A stretch of DNA of 64,000 nucleotides from assembly GCF_013167455.1 (NCBI RefSeq), contig NZ_CP038328.1. The stretch is one strand, 5' to 3'. The notes below the pieces were generated by a model. That model had not been told where the DNA came from and did no database searches. It saw only the letters and a program-made list of their open reading frames with translations. Of this stretch, positions 1-12,633 are shown one piece after another (the first letter of the stretch is position 1; each line of letters opens with the position of its first letter). This DNA is from Escherichia coli O157:H7. GTDB taxonomy: Bacteria; Pseudomonadota; Gammaproteobacteria; Enterobacterales; Enterobacteriaceae. A program made the translations under genes and the position numbers.

Positions 1-341
1 CATCTTCCGTAATTCCGGTAGATGGTTTATGTGTGCGTGTCGGGGCATTGCGCTGCCACAGCCAGGCATTCACTATTAAATTGAAAAAAGATGTGTCGAT
101 TCCGACCGTGGAAGAACTGCTGGCTGCGCACAATCCGTGGGCGAAAGTCGTTCCGAACGATCGGGAAATCACTATGCGTGAGCTAACCCCAGCTGCCGTT
201 ACCGGCACGCTGACCACGCCGGTAGGCCGCCTGCGTAAGCTGAATATGGGACCAGAGTTCCTGTCAGCCTTTACCGTGGGCGACCAGCTGCTGTGGGGGG
301 CCGCGGAGCCGCTGCGTCGGATGCTTCGTCAACTGGCGTAA
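1..341 (+). CDS. asd: aspartate-semialdehyde dehydrogenase, 3' portion (5' end lies outside window)
   Basis: Open frame runs in from the window edge and ends ...[17 protein letters not shown], recognised as the Asd C-terminus; asd immediately upstream of glgB matches E. coli synteny. Confidence 0.85.
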
Positions 342-359
342 TCTTTATTCATTAAATCT

Positions 360-382
360 GGGGCGCGATGCCGCCCCTGTTA
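360..382 (+). terminator. putative asd terminator hairpin (GGGGCG-loop-CGCCCC), weak U-tract
   Basis: 6-bp GC stem seen directly after the asd stop; downstream T-tract is poor, so rho-independence is uncertain. Confidence 0.3.
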
Positions 383-613
383 GTGCGTAATACAGGAGTA
401 AGCGCAGATGTTTCATGATTTACCGGGAGTTAAATAGAGCATTGGCTATTCTTTAAGGGTGGCTGAATACATGAGTATTCACAGCCTTACCTGAAGTGAG
501 GACGACGCAGAGAGGATGCACAGAGTGCTGCGCCGTTCAGGTCAAAAAAATGTCACAACCAGAAGTCAAAAATCCAATTGGATGGGGTGACACAATAAAA
601 CAGGAAGACAAGC

Positions 614-2800
614 ATGTCCGATCGTATCGATAGAGACGTGATTAACGCGCTAATTGCAGGCCATTTTGCGGATCCTTTTTCCGTACTGGGAATGCATAAA
701 ACCACCGCGGGACTGGAAGTCCGTGCCCTTTTACCCGACGCTACCGATGTGTGGGTGATTGAACCGAAAACCGGGCGCAAACTCGCAAAACTGGAGTGTC
801 TCGACTCACGGGGATTCTTTAGTGGCGTCATTCCGCGACGTAAGAATTTTTTCCGCTATCAGTTGGCTGTTGTCTGGCATGGGCAGCAAAACCTGATTGA
901 TGATCCTTACCGTTTTGGTCCGCTAATCCAGGAAATGGATGCCTGGCTATTATCTGAAGGTACTCACCTGCGCCCGTATGAAACTTTAGGCGCGCATGCA
1001 GATACTATGGATGGCGTCACAGGTACGCGTTTCTCTGTCTGGGCTCCAAACGCCCGTCGGGTCTCGGTGGTTGGGCAATTCAACTACTGGGACGGTCGCC
1101 GTCACCCGATGCGCCTGCGTAAAGAGAGCGGCATCTGGGAACTGTTTATCCCTGGGGCGCATAACGGTCAGCTCTATAAATACGAGATGATTGATGCCAA
1201 TGGCAACTTGCGTCTGAAGTCCGACCCTTATGCCTTCGAAGCGCAAATGCGCCCGGAAACCGCGTCTCTTATTTGCGGGCTGCCGGAAAAGGTTGTACAG
1301 ACTGAAGAGCGCAAAAAAGCGAATCAGTTTGATGCGCCAATCTCTATTTATGAAGTTCACCTGGGCTCCTGGCGTCGCCACACCGACAACAATTTCTGGT
1401 TGAGCTACCGCGAGCTGGCCGATCAACTGGTGCCTTATGCTAAATGGATGGGCTTTACCCACCTCGAACTACTGCCCCTTAACGAGCATCCCTTCGATGG
1501 CAGTTGGGGTTATCAGCCAACCGGCCTGTATGCACCAACCCGCCGTTTTGGTACTCGCGACGACTTCCGTTATTTCATTGATGCTGCACACGCAGCTGGT
1601 CTGAACGTGATTCTCGACTGGGTGCCAGGCCACTTCCCGACTGATGACTTTGCGCTTGCCGAATTTGATGGTACGAACTTGTATGAACACAGCGATCCGC
1701 GCGAAGGCTATCATCAGGACTGGAACACGCTGATTTACAACTATGGTCGCCGTGAAGTCAGTAACTTCCTCGTCGGTAACGCGCTTTACTGGATTGAACG
1801 TTTTGGTATTGATGCGCTGCGCGTCGATGCGGTGGCGTCGATGATTTATCGTGACTACAGCCGTAAAGAGGGGGAGTGGATCCCGAACGAATTTGGCGGG
1901 CGCGAGAATCTTGAAGCGATTGAATTCTTGCGTAATACCAACCGTATTCTTGGTGAGCAGGTTTCCGGTGCGGTGACAATGGCTGAGGAGTCTACCGATT
2001 TCCCTGGCGTTTCTCGTCCGCAGGATATGGGCGGTCTGGGCTTCTGGTACAAGTGGAACCTCGGCTGGATGCATGACACCCTGGACTACATGAAGCTCGA
2101 CCCGATTTATCGTCAGTATCATCACGATAAACTGACCTTCGGGATGCTCTACAACTACACTGAAAACTTCGTCCTGCCGTTGTCGCATGATGAAGTGGTC
2201 CACGGTAAAAAATCGATTCTCGACCGCATGCCGGGCGACGCATGGCAGAAATTCGCTAACCTGCGCGCTTACTATGGCTGGATGTGGGCATTTCCGGGCA
2301 AGAAACTGCTGTTCATGGGGAACGAATTTGCCCAGGGCCGCGAGTGGAACCATGACGCCAGCCTCGACTGGCATCTGTTGGAAGGCGGCGATAACTGGCA
2401 CCACGGTGTCCAGCGTCTGGTGCGCGATCTGAACCTCACCTACCGCCACCATAAAGCGATGCATGAACTGGATTTTGACCCGTACGGCTTTGAATGGCTG
2501 GTGGTGGATGACAAAGAACGCTCGGTGCTGATCTTTGTGCGTCGCGATAAAGAGGGTAACGAAATCATCGTTGCCAGTAACTTTACGCCGGTGCCGCGTC
2601 ATGATTATCGCTTCGGCATTAATCAGCCAGGCAAATGGCGTGAGATCCTCAATACCGATTCCATGCACTATCACGGCAGTAATGCAGGTAATGGCGGCAC
2701 GGTACACAGCGATGAGATTGCCAGCCACGGTCGTCAGCATTCACTAAGCCTGACGCTACCACCGCTGGCCACTATCTGGCTGGTTCGGGAGGCAGAATGA
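614..2800 (+). CDS. glgB: 1,4-alpha-glucan branching enzyme
   Basis: 728-aa ORF; N-terminus [22 protein letters not shown] and GH13 motifs recognised; first gene of glgBX. Confidence 0.97.
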
Positions 2801-4770
2801 CACAACTCGCCATTGGCAAACCCGCTCCCCTCGGCGCGCATTACGACGGTCAGGGCGTCAACTTCACACTTTTCTCCGCTCATGCCGAGCGGGTAGAACT
2901 GTGTGTCTTTGACGCCAATGGCCAGGAACATCGCTATGACTTGCCAGGGCACAGTGGCGACATTTGGCACGGTTATCTGCCGGATGCGCGCCCGGGTTTG
3001 CGTTATGGTTATCGCGTTCATGGCCCCTGGCAACCCGCCGAGGGGCATCGCTTTAACCCGGCGAAGTTGTTGATTGATCCTTGCGCGCGGCAAATTGACG
3101 GGGAGTTTAAAGATAACCCGCTGCTGCACGCCGGTCATAATGAACCTGACTATCGCGACAACGCCGCCATTGCGCCGAAATGCGTAGTGGTGGTTGATCA
3201 CTATGACTGGGAAGATGATGCCCCGCCGCGCACGCCGTGGGGCAGCACCATCATTTATGAAGCCCATGTTAAAGGATTAACGTACCTGCACCCGGAGATC
3301 CCGGTCGAGATCCGTGGCACTTATAAAGCCCTCGGGCATCCGGTGATGATCAACTATTTGAAACAATTGGGCATTACCGCGCTGGAACTGCTGCCAGTGG
3401 CGCAGTTTGCCAGTGAACCACGTCTGCAACGCATGGGGCTAAGTAACTACTGGGGTTACAACCCGGTGGCGATGTTTGCGCTGCATCCGGCGTATGCCTG
3501 CTCGCCAGAAACGGCGCTGCATGAGTTTCGCGATGCAATCAAAGCACTGCATAAAGCGGGTATCGAAGTCATTCTTGATATCGTGCTCAACCATAGTGCG
3601 GAACTGGACCTCGACGGCCCGTTATTCTCGCTGCGTGGGATCGACAACCGTAGCTATTATTGGATAAGAGAAGACGGCGATTATCACAACTGGACCGGTT
3701 GTGGCAACACGCTCAATTTGAGTCACCCGGCGGTGGTGGATTATGCCAGCGCCTGCCTGCGTTATTGGGTAGAAACCTGCCACGTCGATGGTTTCCGCTT
3801 TGATCTGGCGGCAGTCATGGGCCGTACGCCAGAGTTCCGTCAGGATGCGCCGTTGTTTACCGCTATCCAGAACTGCCCGGTGCTCTCGCAGGTGAAGTTA
3901 ATTGCTGAACCGTGGGATATCGCTCCTGGTGGTTATCAGGTGGGAAATTTCCCGCCGCTGTTTGCCGAGTGGAACGATCATTTCCGCGATGCTGCCCGTC
4001 GTTTCTGGCTACATTATGATTTGCCTCTGGGGGCGTTTGCCGGGCGTTTTGCTGCCTCCAGCGATGTTTTTAAACGTAATGGTCGTCTGCCGAGTGCCGC
4101 GATTAATCTCGTCACCGCGCATGACGGTTTTACGCTTCGCGACTGCGTTTGTTTCAACCATAAACACAATGAAGCAAACGGAGAAGAAAATCGCGACGGG
4201 ACCAACAACAATTACAGTAACAATCATGGTAAAGAAGGGGTAGGCGGTACCCTTGACCTGGTTGAACGGCGGCGCGACAGCATTCACGCCCTGTTAACAA
4301 CGTTGTTGCTCTCCCAGGGTACGCCGATGTTACTGGCCGGTGACGAACATGGTCACAGCCAGCATGGCAATAACAATGCCTACTGTCAGGATAACCAATT
4401 AACCTGGTTGGACTGGTCGCAGGCAAGCAGTGGTTTAACCGCATTTACCGCCGCGTTAATCCATCTGCGCAAGCGTATTCCCGCTTTGGTGGAGAATCGC
4501 TGGTGGGAAGAAGGCGACGGCAATGTCCGTTGGCTAAATCGATATGCTCAACCTTTAAGCACGGATGAGTGGCAAAACGGGCCGAAACAGCTGCAAATTC
4601 TGCTCTCGGATCGCTTTTTGATCGCAATTAACGCCACGCTTGAGGTAACAGAGATTGTTTTACCTGCTGGGGAGTGGCACGCCATTCCCCCATTCGCTGG
4701 AGAGGATAACCCAGTGATTACGGCTGTCTGGCAGGGACCTGCACACGGATTGTGTGTGTTCCAGAGATGA
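2797..4770 (+). CDS. glgX: glycogen debranching enzyme
   Basis: 657-aa [26 protein letters not shown]...; ATGA start/stop overlap with glgB. Confidence 0.97.
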
Positions 4771-4781
4771 TAAAAAAGGAG
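4743..4781 (+). promoter_or_regulatory. glgC leader: CsrA-binding hairpin (CACAC-GGAUU-GUGUG) plus GGA-containing Shine-Dalgarno
   Basis: Stem cacac/gtgtg with GGA in the loop at 4743-4757, and AAGGAG SD at 4776-4781 before the glgC ATG; matches the published CsrA repression architecture of the glgCAP leader. Confidence 0.6.
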
Positions 4782-4787
4782 TTAGTC

Positions 4788-6083
4788 ATGGTTAGTTTAG
4801 AGAAGAACGATCACTTAATGTTGGCGCGCCAGCTGCCATTGAAATCTGTTGCCCTGATACTGGCGGGAGGACGTGGTACCCGCCTGAAGGATTTAACCAA
4901 TAAGCGAGCAAAACCGGCCGTACACTTCGGCGGTAAGTTCCGCATTATCGACTTTGCGCTGTCTAACTGCATCAACTCCGGGATCCGTCGTATGGGCGTG
5001 ATCACCCAGTACCAGTCCCACACTCTGGTGCAGCACATTCAGCGCGGCTGGTCATTCTTCAATGAAGAAATGAACGAGTTTGTCGATCTGCTGCCAGCAC
5101 AGCAGAGAATGAAAGGGGAAAACTGGTATCGCGGCACCGCAGATGCGGTCACCCAAAACCTCGATATTATTCGCCGTTATAAAGCGGAATACGTGGTGAT
5201 CCTGGCGGGCGACCATATCTACAAGCAAGACTACTCGCGTATGCTTATCGATCACGTCGAAAAAGGCGCACGTTGCACCGTTGCTTGTATGCCAGTACCG
5301 ATTGAAGAAGCCTCCGCATTTGGCGTTATGGCGGTTGATGAGAACGATAAAATTATCGAATTCGTTGAAAAACCTGCTAACCCGCCGTCAATGCCGAACG
5401 ATCCGAGCAAATCTCTGGCGAGTATGGGTATCTACGTCTTTGACGCCGACTATCTGTATGAACTGCTGGAAGAAGACGATCGCGATGAGAACTCCAGCCA
5501 CGACTTTGGCAAAGATTTGATTCCCAAGATCACCGAAGCCGGTCTGGCCTATGCGCACCCGTTCCCGCTCTCTTGCGTACAATCCGATCCGGATGCCGAG
5601 CCGTACTGGCGCGATGTGGGTACGCTGGAAGCTTACTGGAAAGCGAACCTCGATCTGGCCTCTGTGGTGCCGGAACTGGATATGTACGATCGCAATTGGC
5701 CAATTCGCACCTACAATGAATCATTACCGCCAGCGAAATTCGTGCAGGATCGCTCCGGTAGCCACGGGATGACCCTTAACTCACTGGTTTCCGGCGGTTG
5801 TGTGATCTCCGGTTCGGTGGTGGTGCAGTCCGTTCTGTTCTCGCGCGTTCGCGTGAATTCATTCTGCAACATTGATTCCGCCGTATTGTTACCGGAAGTA
5901 TGGGTAGGTCGCTCGTGCCGTCTGCGCCGCTGCGTCATCGATCGTGCTTGTGTTATTCCGGAAGGCATGGTGATTGGTGAAAACGCAGAGGAAGATGCAC
6001 GTCGTTTCTATCGTTCAGAAGAAGGCATCGTGCTGGTAACGCGCGAAATGCTACGGAAGTTAGGGCATAAACAGGAGCGATAA
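4788..6083 (+). CDS. glgC: glucose-1-phosphate adenylyltransferase (ADP-glucose pyrophosphorylase)
   Basis: ORF track starts at 4752, but [20 protein letters not shown]... with AAGGAG SD corresponds to the 431-aa protein; start placed at ATG 4788. Confidence 0.95.
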
Positions 6084-7516
6084 TGCAGGTTTTACATGTA
6101 TGTTCAGAGATGTTCCCGCTGCTTAAAACCGGCGGTCTGGCTGATGTTATTGGGGCATTACCCGCAGCACAAATCGCAGACGGCGTTGACGCTCGCGTAC
6201 TGTTGCCTGCATTTCCCGATATTCGCCGTGGCGTGACCGATGCGCAGGTAGTATCCCGTCGTGATACCTTCGCCGGGCATATCACGCTGTTGTTCGGTCA
6301 TTACAACGGGGTTGGCATATACCTGATTGACGCGCCGCATCTCTATGATCGTCCGGGAAGCCCGTATCACGATACCAACTTATTTGCCTATACCGACAAC
6401 GTATTGCGTTTTGCGCTGCTGGGGTGGGTTGGGGCAGAAATGGCCAGCGGGCTTGACCCATTCTGGCGTCCTGATGTGGTGCATGCGCACGACTGGCATG
6501 CAGGCCTTGCGCCTGCGTATCTGGCGGCGCGCGGGCGTCCGGCGAAGTCGGTGTTTACTGTGCACAACCTGGCCTATCAAGGCATGTTTTATGCACATCA
6601 CATGAATGACATCCAATTGCCATGGTCATTCTTTAATATTCATGGGCTGGAATTCAACGGACAAATCTCTTTCCTGAAGGCCGGTCTGTACTATGCCGAT
6701 CACATTACGGCGGTCAGTCCAACCTACGCTCGCGAGATCACCGAACCGCAGTTTGCCTACGGTATGGAAGGTTTGTTGCAACAGCGTCATCGTGAAGGGC
6801 GTCTTTCCGGCGTACTGAACGGCGTGGACGAGAAAATCTGGAGTCCAGAGACGGACTTACTATTGGCCTCGCGTTACACCCGCGATACGTTGGAAGATAA
6901 AGCGGAAAATAAGCGCCAGTTACAAATCGCAATGGGGCTTAAGGTTGACGATAAAGTGCCGCTTTTTGCAGTGGTGAGCCGTCTGACCAGCCAGAAAGGC
7001 CTCGACCTGGTGCTGGAGGCCTTACCGGGTCTTCTGGAGCAGGGCGGGCAGCTGGCGCTACTCGGCGCGGGCGATCCGGTGCTGCAGGAAGGTTTCCTTG
7101 CGGCGGCAGCGGAATACCCCGGCCAGGTGGGCGTTCAGATTGGCTATCACGAAGCATTTTCGCATCGCATTATGGGCGGTGCGGACGTCATTCTGGTGCC
7201 CAGCCGTTTTGAACCGTGCGGCTTAACGCAACTTTATGGATTGAAGTACGGTACGCTGCCGTTAGTGCGGCGCACCGGTGGGCTTGCTGATACGGTTTCT
7301 GACTGTTCTCTTGAGAACCTTGCAGATGGCGTCGCCAGTGGGTTTGTCTTTGAAGATAGTAATGCCTGGTCGCTGTTACGGGCTATTCGACGTGCTTTTG
7401 TACTGTGGTCCCGTCCTTCTCTGTGGCGGTTTGTGCAACGTCAGGCTATGGCAATGGATTTTAGCTGGCAGGTCGCGGCGAAGTCGTACCGTGAGCTTTA
7501 CTATCGCTTGAAATAG
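6083..7516 (+). CDS. glgA: glycogen synthase
   Basis: 477-aa [25 protein letters not shown]...; 1-nt overlap with the glgC stop (TAATG). Confidence 0.97.
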
Positions 7517-9982
<2,466 letters not shown>

Positions 9983-9998
9983 GTTCGCTAAAAAACAG

Positions 9999-10026
9999 AA
10001 CGGGGCCACAAGGTCCCGTTTTTTTC
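9999..10026 (+). terminator. rho-independent terminator of glgCAP
   Basis: 9-bp stem (aacggggcc / ggtcccgtt, one G-U pair), loop acaa, followed by a run of 7 T. Confidence 0.8.
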
Positions 10027-10097
10027 GCCTTTATTTCGGAAAAGTGTCCAGAGGGGGCGAGGGTTCTCGGGGAGTATAATTCCGTCATTCAGGAAGA

Positions 10098-11615
10098 ATG
10101 GACAGAATGATGCCAAATAGAAAATGGATTTTGACCTCGCTGATAATGACTTTTTTCGGCATCCCCATACTGGCGCAATTTTTGGCAGCGGTTGTTGCCA
10201 TGCTGGGTGTCGGGCTTACCGGTATTATTGAAGTTTGTAATATCCTTATCACGCCAACAATTTATCTTCTACTCAACGTCTTTATGCTGACGCTGGGGGC
10301 GATAATAATATTTTTCTCTGGTCGCGTGTGGGCCGGTGATAGCGCGCCAGAAAACAGAGAAATAGCCGTCTGGCGGCAATGCTTTTTTCTCTTACCCGCG
10401 CTATTAACCCTGGTTGGCTGGATAATCACGCTACATCTGGCAGATTATCAATTTCGCCAGATGGGAGCTGGTTGGTTGGCAAACCTTATGCTTCCCTGGT
10501 TGGGCGTTTTTTTAGTCTCATTAGTGGGTGGTGAGTACTGGTGGATGGTCATTATTCCCGTTGGGGCGCATATCAGTTTTTCGCTGGGATACGCCTGGCC
10601 GACCAGATATCCTTTATCCGGCACGTCCGGACTACGTTGCCGTAACTTACTCCTGTTTCTACTTCTCTTACTTGGTATTGTCGCCGGGTATCAGGCCCAT
10701 TTATATAAGCAGCAAAATCCTGGTGTCGGTGTACGCGAAAATATTGATATCAGGGCCTGGCGACCCGATAAACTCAATAATCGACTGACGCCGCTGCGTG
10801 GCAAACCGCAAATTCAGTTTAGGCAAAACTGGCCGCGAATCGATGGCGCCACGGCTGCGTACCCAATTTATGCTTCTGCATTTTATGCATTAAGTGTAAT
10901 ACCAGAGGATTTTCACGTTTGGGAATATCTGGAGAACTCTCGTACCCCCGATGCATATAACCGGATTGTTAAAGGTGATGCCGATATTATTTTTGTGGCG
11001 CAACCCTCCGGCGGGCAGAAAAAACGCGCTGAGGAATCGGGCGTCACTTTGCTATACACGCCATTTGCCCGTGAAGCATTTGTTTTCATCGTCAATGCGG
11101 ATAATCCGGTTAATTCCCTGACTGAACAACAGGTGCGTGACATTTTCAGTGGTGCAATTACCAATTGGCGTACTGTTGGCGGTAACGATCAGGAGATCCA
11201 GACCTGGCAGCGCCCGGAAGACTCTGGCAGCCAGACAGTGATGCAATCACAGGTCATGAAAAAAGTCCGCATGATCTCGCCGCAGGAAACGGAAGTGGCA
11301 AGCGTGATGGAGGGAATGATTAAAGTCGTTGCCGAATACCGTAATACAAACAACGCAATAGGCTATACCTTCCGCTATTACGCGACGCAAATGAATGCTG
11401 ATAAAAATATAAGATTGCTAGCGATTAACGGTATTACACCGACGGCGGAAAACATTCGCAACGGCAAATATGCGTACATCGTCGATGCATTTATGGTGAC
11501 GAGAGAAAATACAACGTCAGAAACACAAAAACTGGTCGAATGGTTTTTAACGCCGCAGGGGCAGAGTCTGGTAGAAGATGTGGGATATGTGCCGCTGTAT
11601 CTAACAATGGAATAA
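10098..11615 (+). CDS. uncharacterised fusion protein: N-terminal polytopic membrane domain (about 6 predicted TM helices, residues 1-210) plus C-terminal PstS-like periplasmic phosphate/anion-binding domain
   Basis: 505-aa ORF; N-terminal half is strongly hydrophobic. C-terminal half carries PstS-family signatures as I recall them: GATAAYPIYASAF, QRPEDSGSQ (compare RADGSGTS in PstS), IGYTFRYYA, ITPTAENIRNG. Start may be M1 or M4/M5; AGGAAG SD precedes 10098. Confidence 0.8.
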   Translation: MDRMMPNRKWILTSLIMTFFGIPILAQFLAAVVAMLGVGLTGIIEVCNILITPTIYLLLNVFMLTLGAIIIFFSGRVWAGDSAPENREIAVWRQCFFLLPALLTLVGWIITLHLADYQFRQMGAGWLANLMLPWLGVFLVSLVGGEYWWMVIIPVGAHISFSLGYAWPTRYPLSGTSGLRCRNLLLFLLLLLGIVAGYQAHLYKQQNPGVGVRENIDIRAWRPDKLNNRLTPLRGKPQIQFRQNWPRIDGATAAYPIYASAFYALSVIPEDFHVWEYLENSRTPDAYNRIVKGDADIIFVAQPSGGQKKRAEESGVTLLYTPFAREAFVFIVNADNPVNSLTEQQVRDIFSGAITNWRTVGGNDQEIQTWQRPEDSGSQTVMQSQVMKKVRMISPQETEVASVMEGMIKVVAEYRNTNNAIGYTFRYYATQMNADKNIRLLAINGITPTAENIRNGKYAYIVDAFMVTRENTTSETQKLVEWFLTPQGQSLVEDVGYVPLYLTME

Positions 11616-11640
11616 CGCTCGAGAGAAAGGAATCAGCGAG

Positions 11641-12633
11641 ATGAATAAATTCACCGGTGTTTTACTATTAGGCACGGCGTTACTGGCGGGATGTGTCGAC
11701 CGGGAAGGGTACTATAACAGCGTCAGGGAAGAAGAGAGCCATGGACTGACGTCTCTGCGGGGGCAACCTGCATTACGTTACAGCGATGATTGGTCAAGAT
11801 GGCCGAGAGTGTACGGCGCTACAGCCTTATACCCGCTGTATGCCTCCGCGTATTATAAATTAGTACCCGAGCCAAAAGATAAGGATCGAACCTCGCTGGC
11901 CTGGCAGGCGTATGGTTTGCAGCAAACCCGAACAGCTGAAGCCTACGATAGTCTGATTAAAGGTTCCGCGACGGTTATTTTTGTTGCACAACCGTCGGAA
12001 GGACAGAAAAAACGTGCAGAAGAAGCGGGTGTTAAACTGAAATATACCGCTTTCGCCCGCGAAGCCTTTGTCTTTATCGTTGATATTAATAACCCGGTAA
12101 ATTCTCTCTCTGAGCACCAGGTTAAAGATATTTTTAGCGGCAAAACTAGCCGCTGGAATAAAGTAGGTGGTAGTGACGAACATATAAAAGTCTGGCAGCG
12201 CCCTGAAGATTCTGGAAGCCAAACGATTATGAAGGGGTTGGTTATGCAAGACACCCCAATGCTGCCAGCTAAAAAATCCACTGTGATTGATCTTATGGGC
12301 GGTTTAATTACTGAAGTTGCCGACTATCAAAACACGCCATCTTCCATTGGGTACACCTTCCACTATTACGTCACTCGTATGAATGACAATATGCTCAAAA
12401 TGCGCAAGCAGATTAAACTTTTGGCTATAAATGGCGTTGCGCCTACCGAGGAAAATATCCGCAACGGCACTTATCCATACATTGTGGATGCCTATATGGT
12501 GACGCGTGAAAATCCCACGCCGGAAACGCAGAAATTTGTTGACTGGTTTATAAGTCAGCAGGGGCAACAGTTGGTAGAGGATGTGGGGTATGTGCCGCTG
12601 TATGAAGCATCCCCCGAATCATCAGGACAATAA
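11641..12633 (+). CDS. PstS-like phosphate/anion-binding lipoprotein (paralog of the C-terminal domain of the upstream gene)
   Basis: 330-aa ORF; signal peptide with lipobox LLAGC; roughly 60-70% identity by eye to residues 230-505 of ORF 10098-11615, sharing the FVAQPS.GQKKRAEE, AREAFVFIV, WQRPEDSGSQT and VEDVGYVPLY blocks. Confidence 0.85.
   Translation: MNKFTGVLLLGTALLAGCVDREGYYNSVREEESHGLTSLRGQPALRYSDDWSRWPRVYGATALYPLYASAYYKLVPEPKDKDRTSLAWQAYGLQQTRTAEAYDSLIKGSATVIFVAQPSEGQKKRAEEAGVKLKYTAFAREAFVFIVDINNPVNSLSEHQVKDIFSGKTSRWNKVGGSDEHIKVWQRPEDSGSQTIMKGLVMQDTPMLPAKKSTVIDLMGGLITEVADYQNTPSSIGYTFHYYVTRMNDNMLKMRKQIKLLAINGVAPTEENIRNGTYPYIVDAYMVTRENPTPETQKFVDWFISQQGQQLVEDVGYVPLYEASPESSGQ

Noticed and set aside
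553-831. 92-aa minus-strand ORF overlapping the glgB start
   Set aside because: Overlaps the glgB 5' end on the opposite strand; no support.
1469-2740. 423-aa ORF on the minus strand inside glgB
   Set aside because: Fully antisense to a well-supported conserved gene; no start context or homology; typical long shadow ORF.
10082-10088. CCGTCAT motif as a possible Pho box upstream of the island
   Set aside because: Single half-site only, positioned downstream of the putative -10; does not meet the tandem 7-bp-repeat architecture of PhoB boxes.
10528-10788. 86-aa alternative-frame ORF inside the island fusion gene
   Set aside because: Nested in another frame of the longer, homology-supported ORF.
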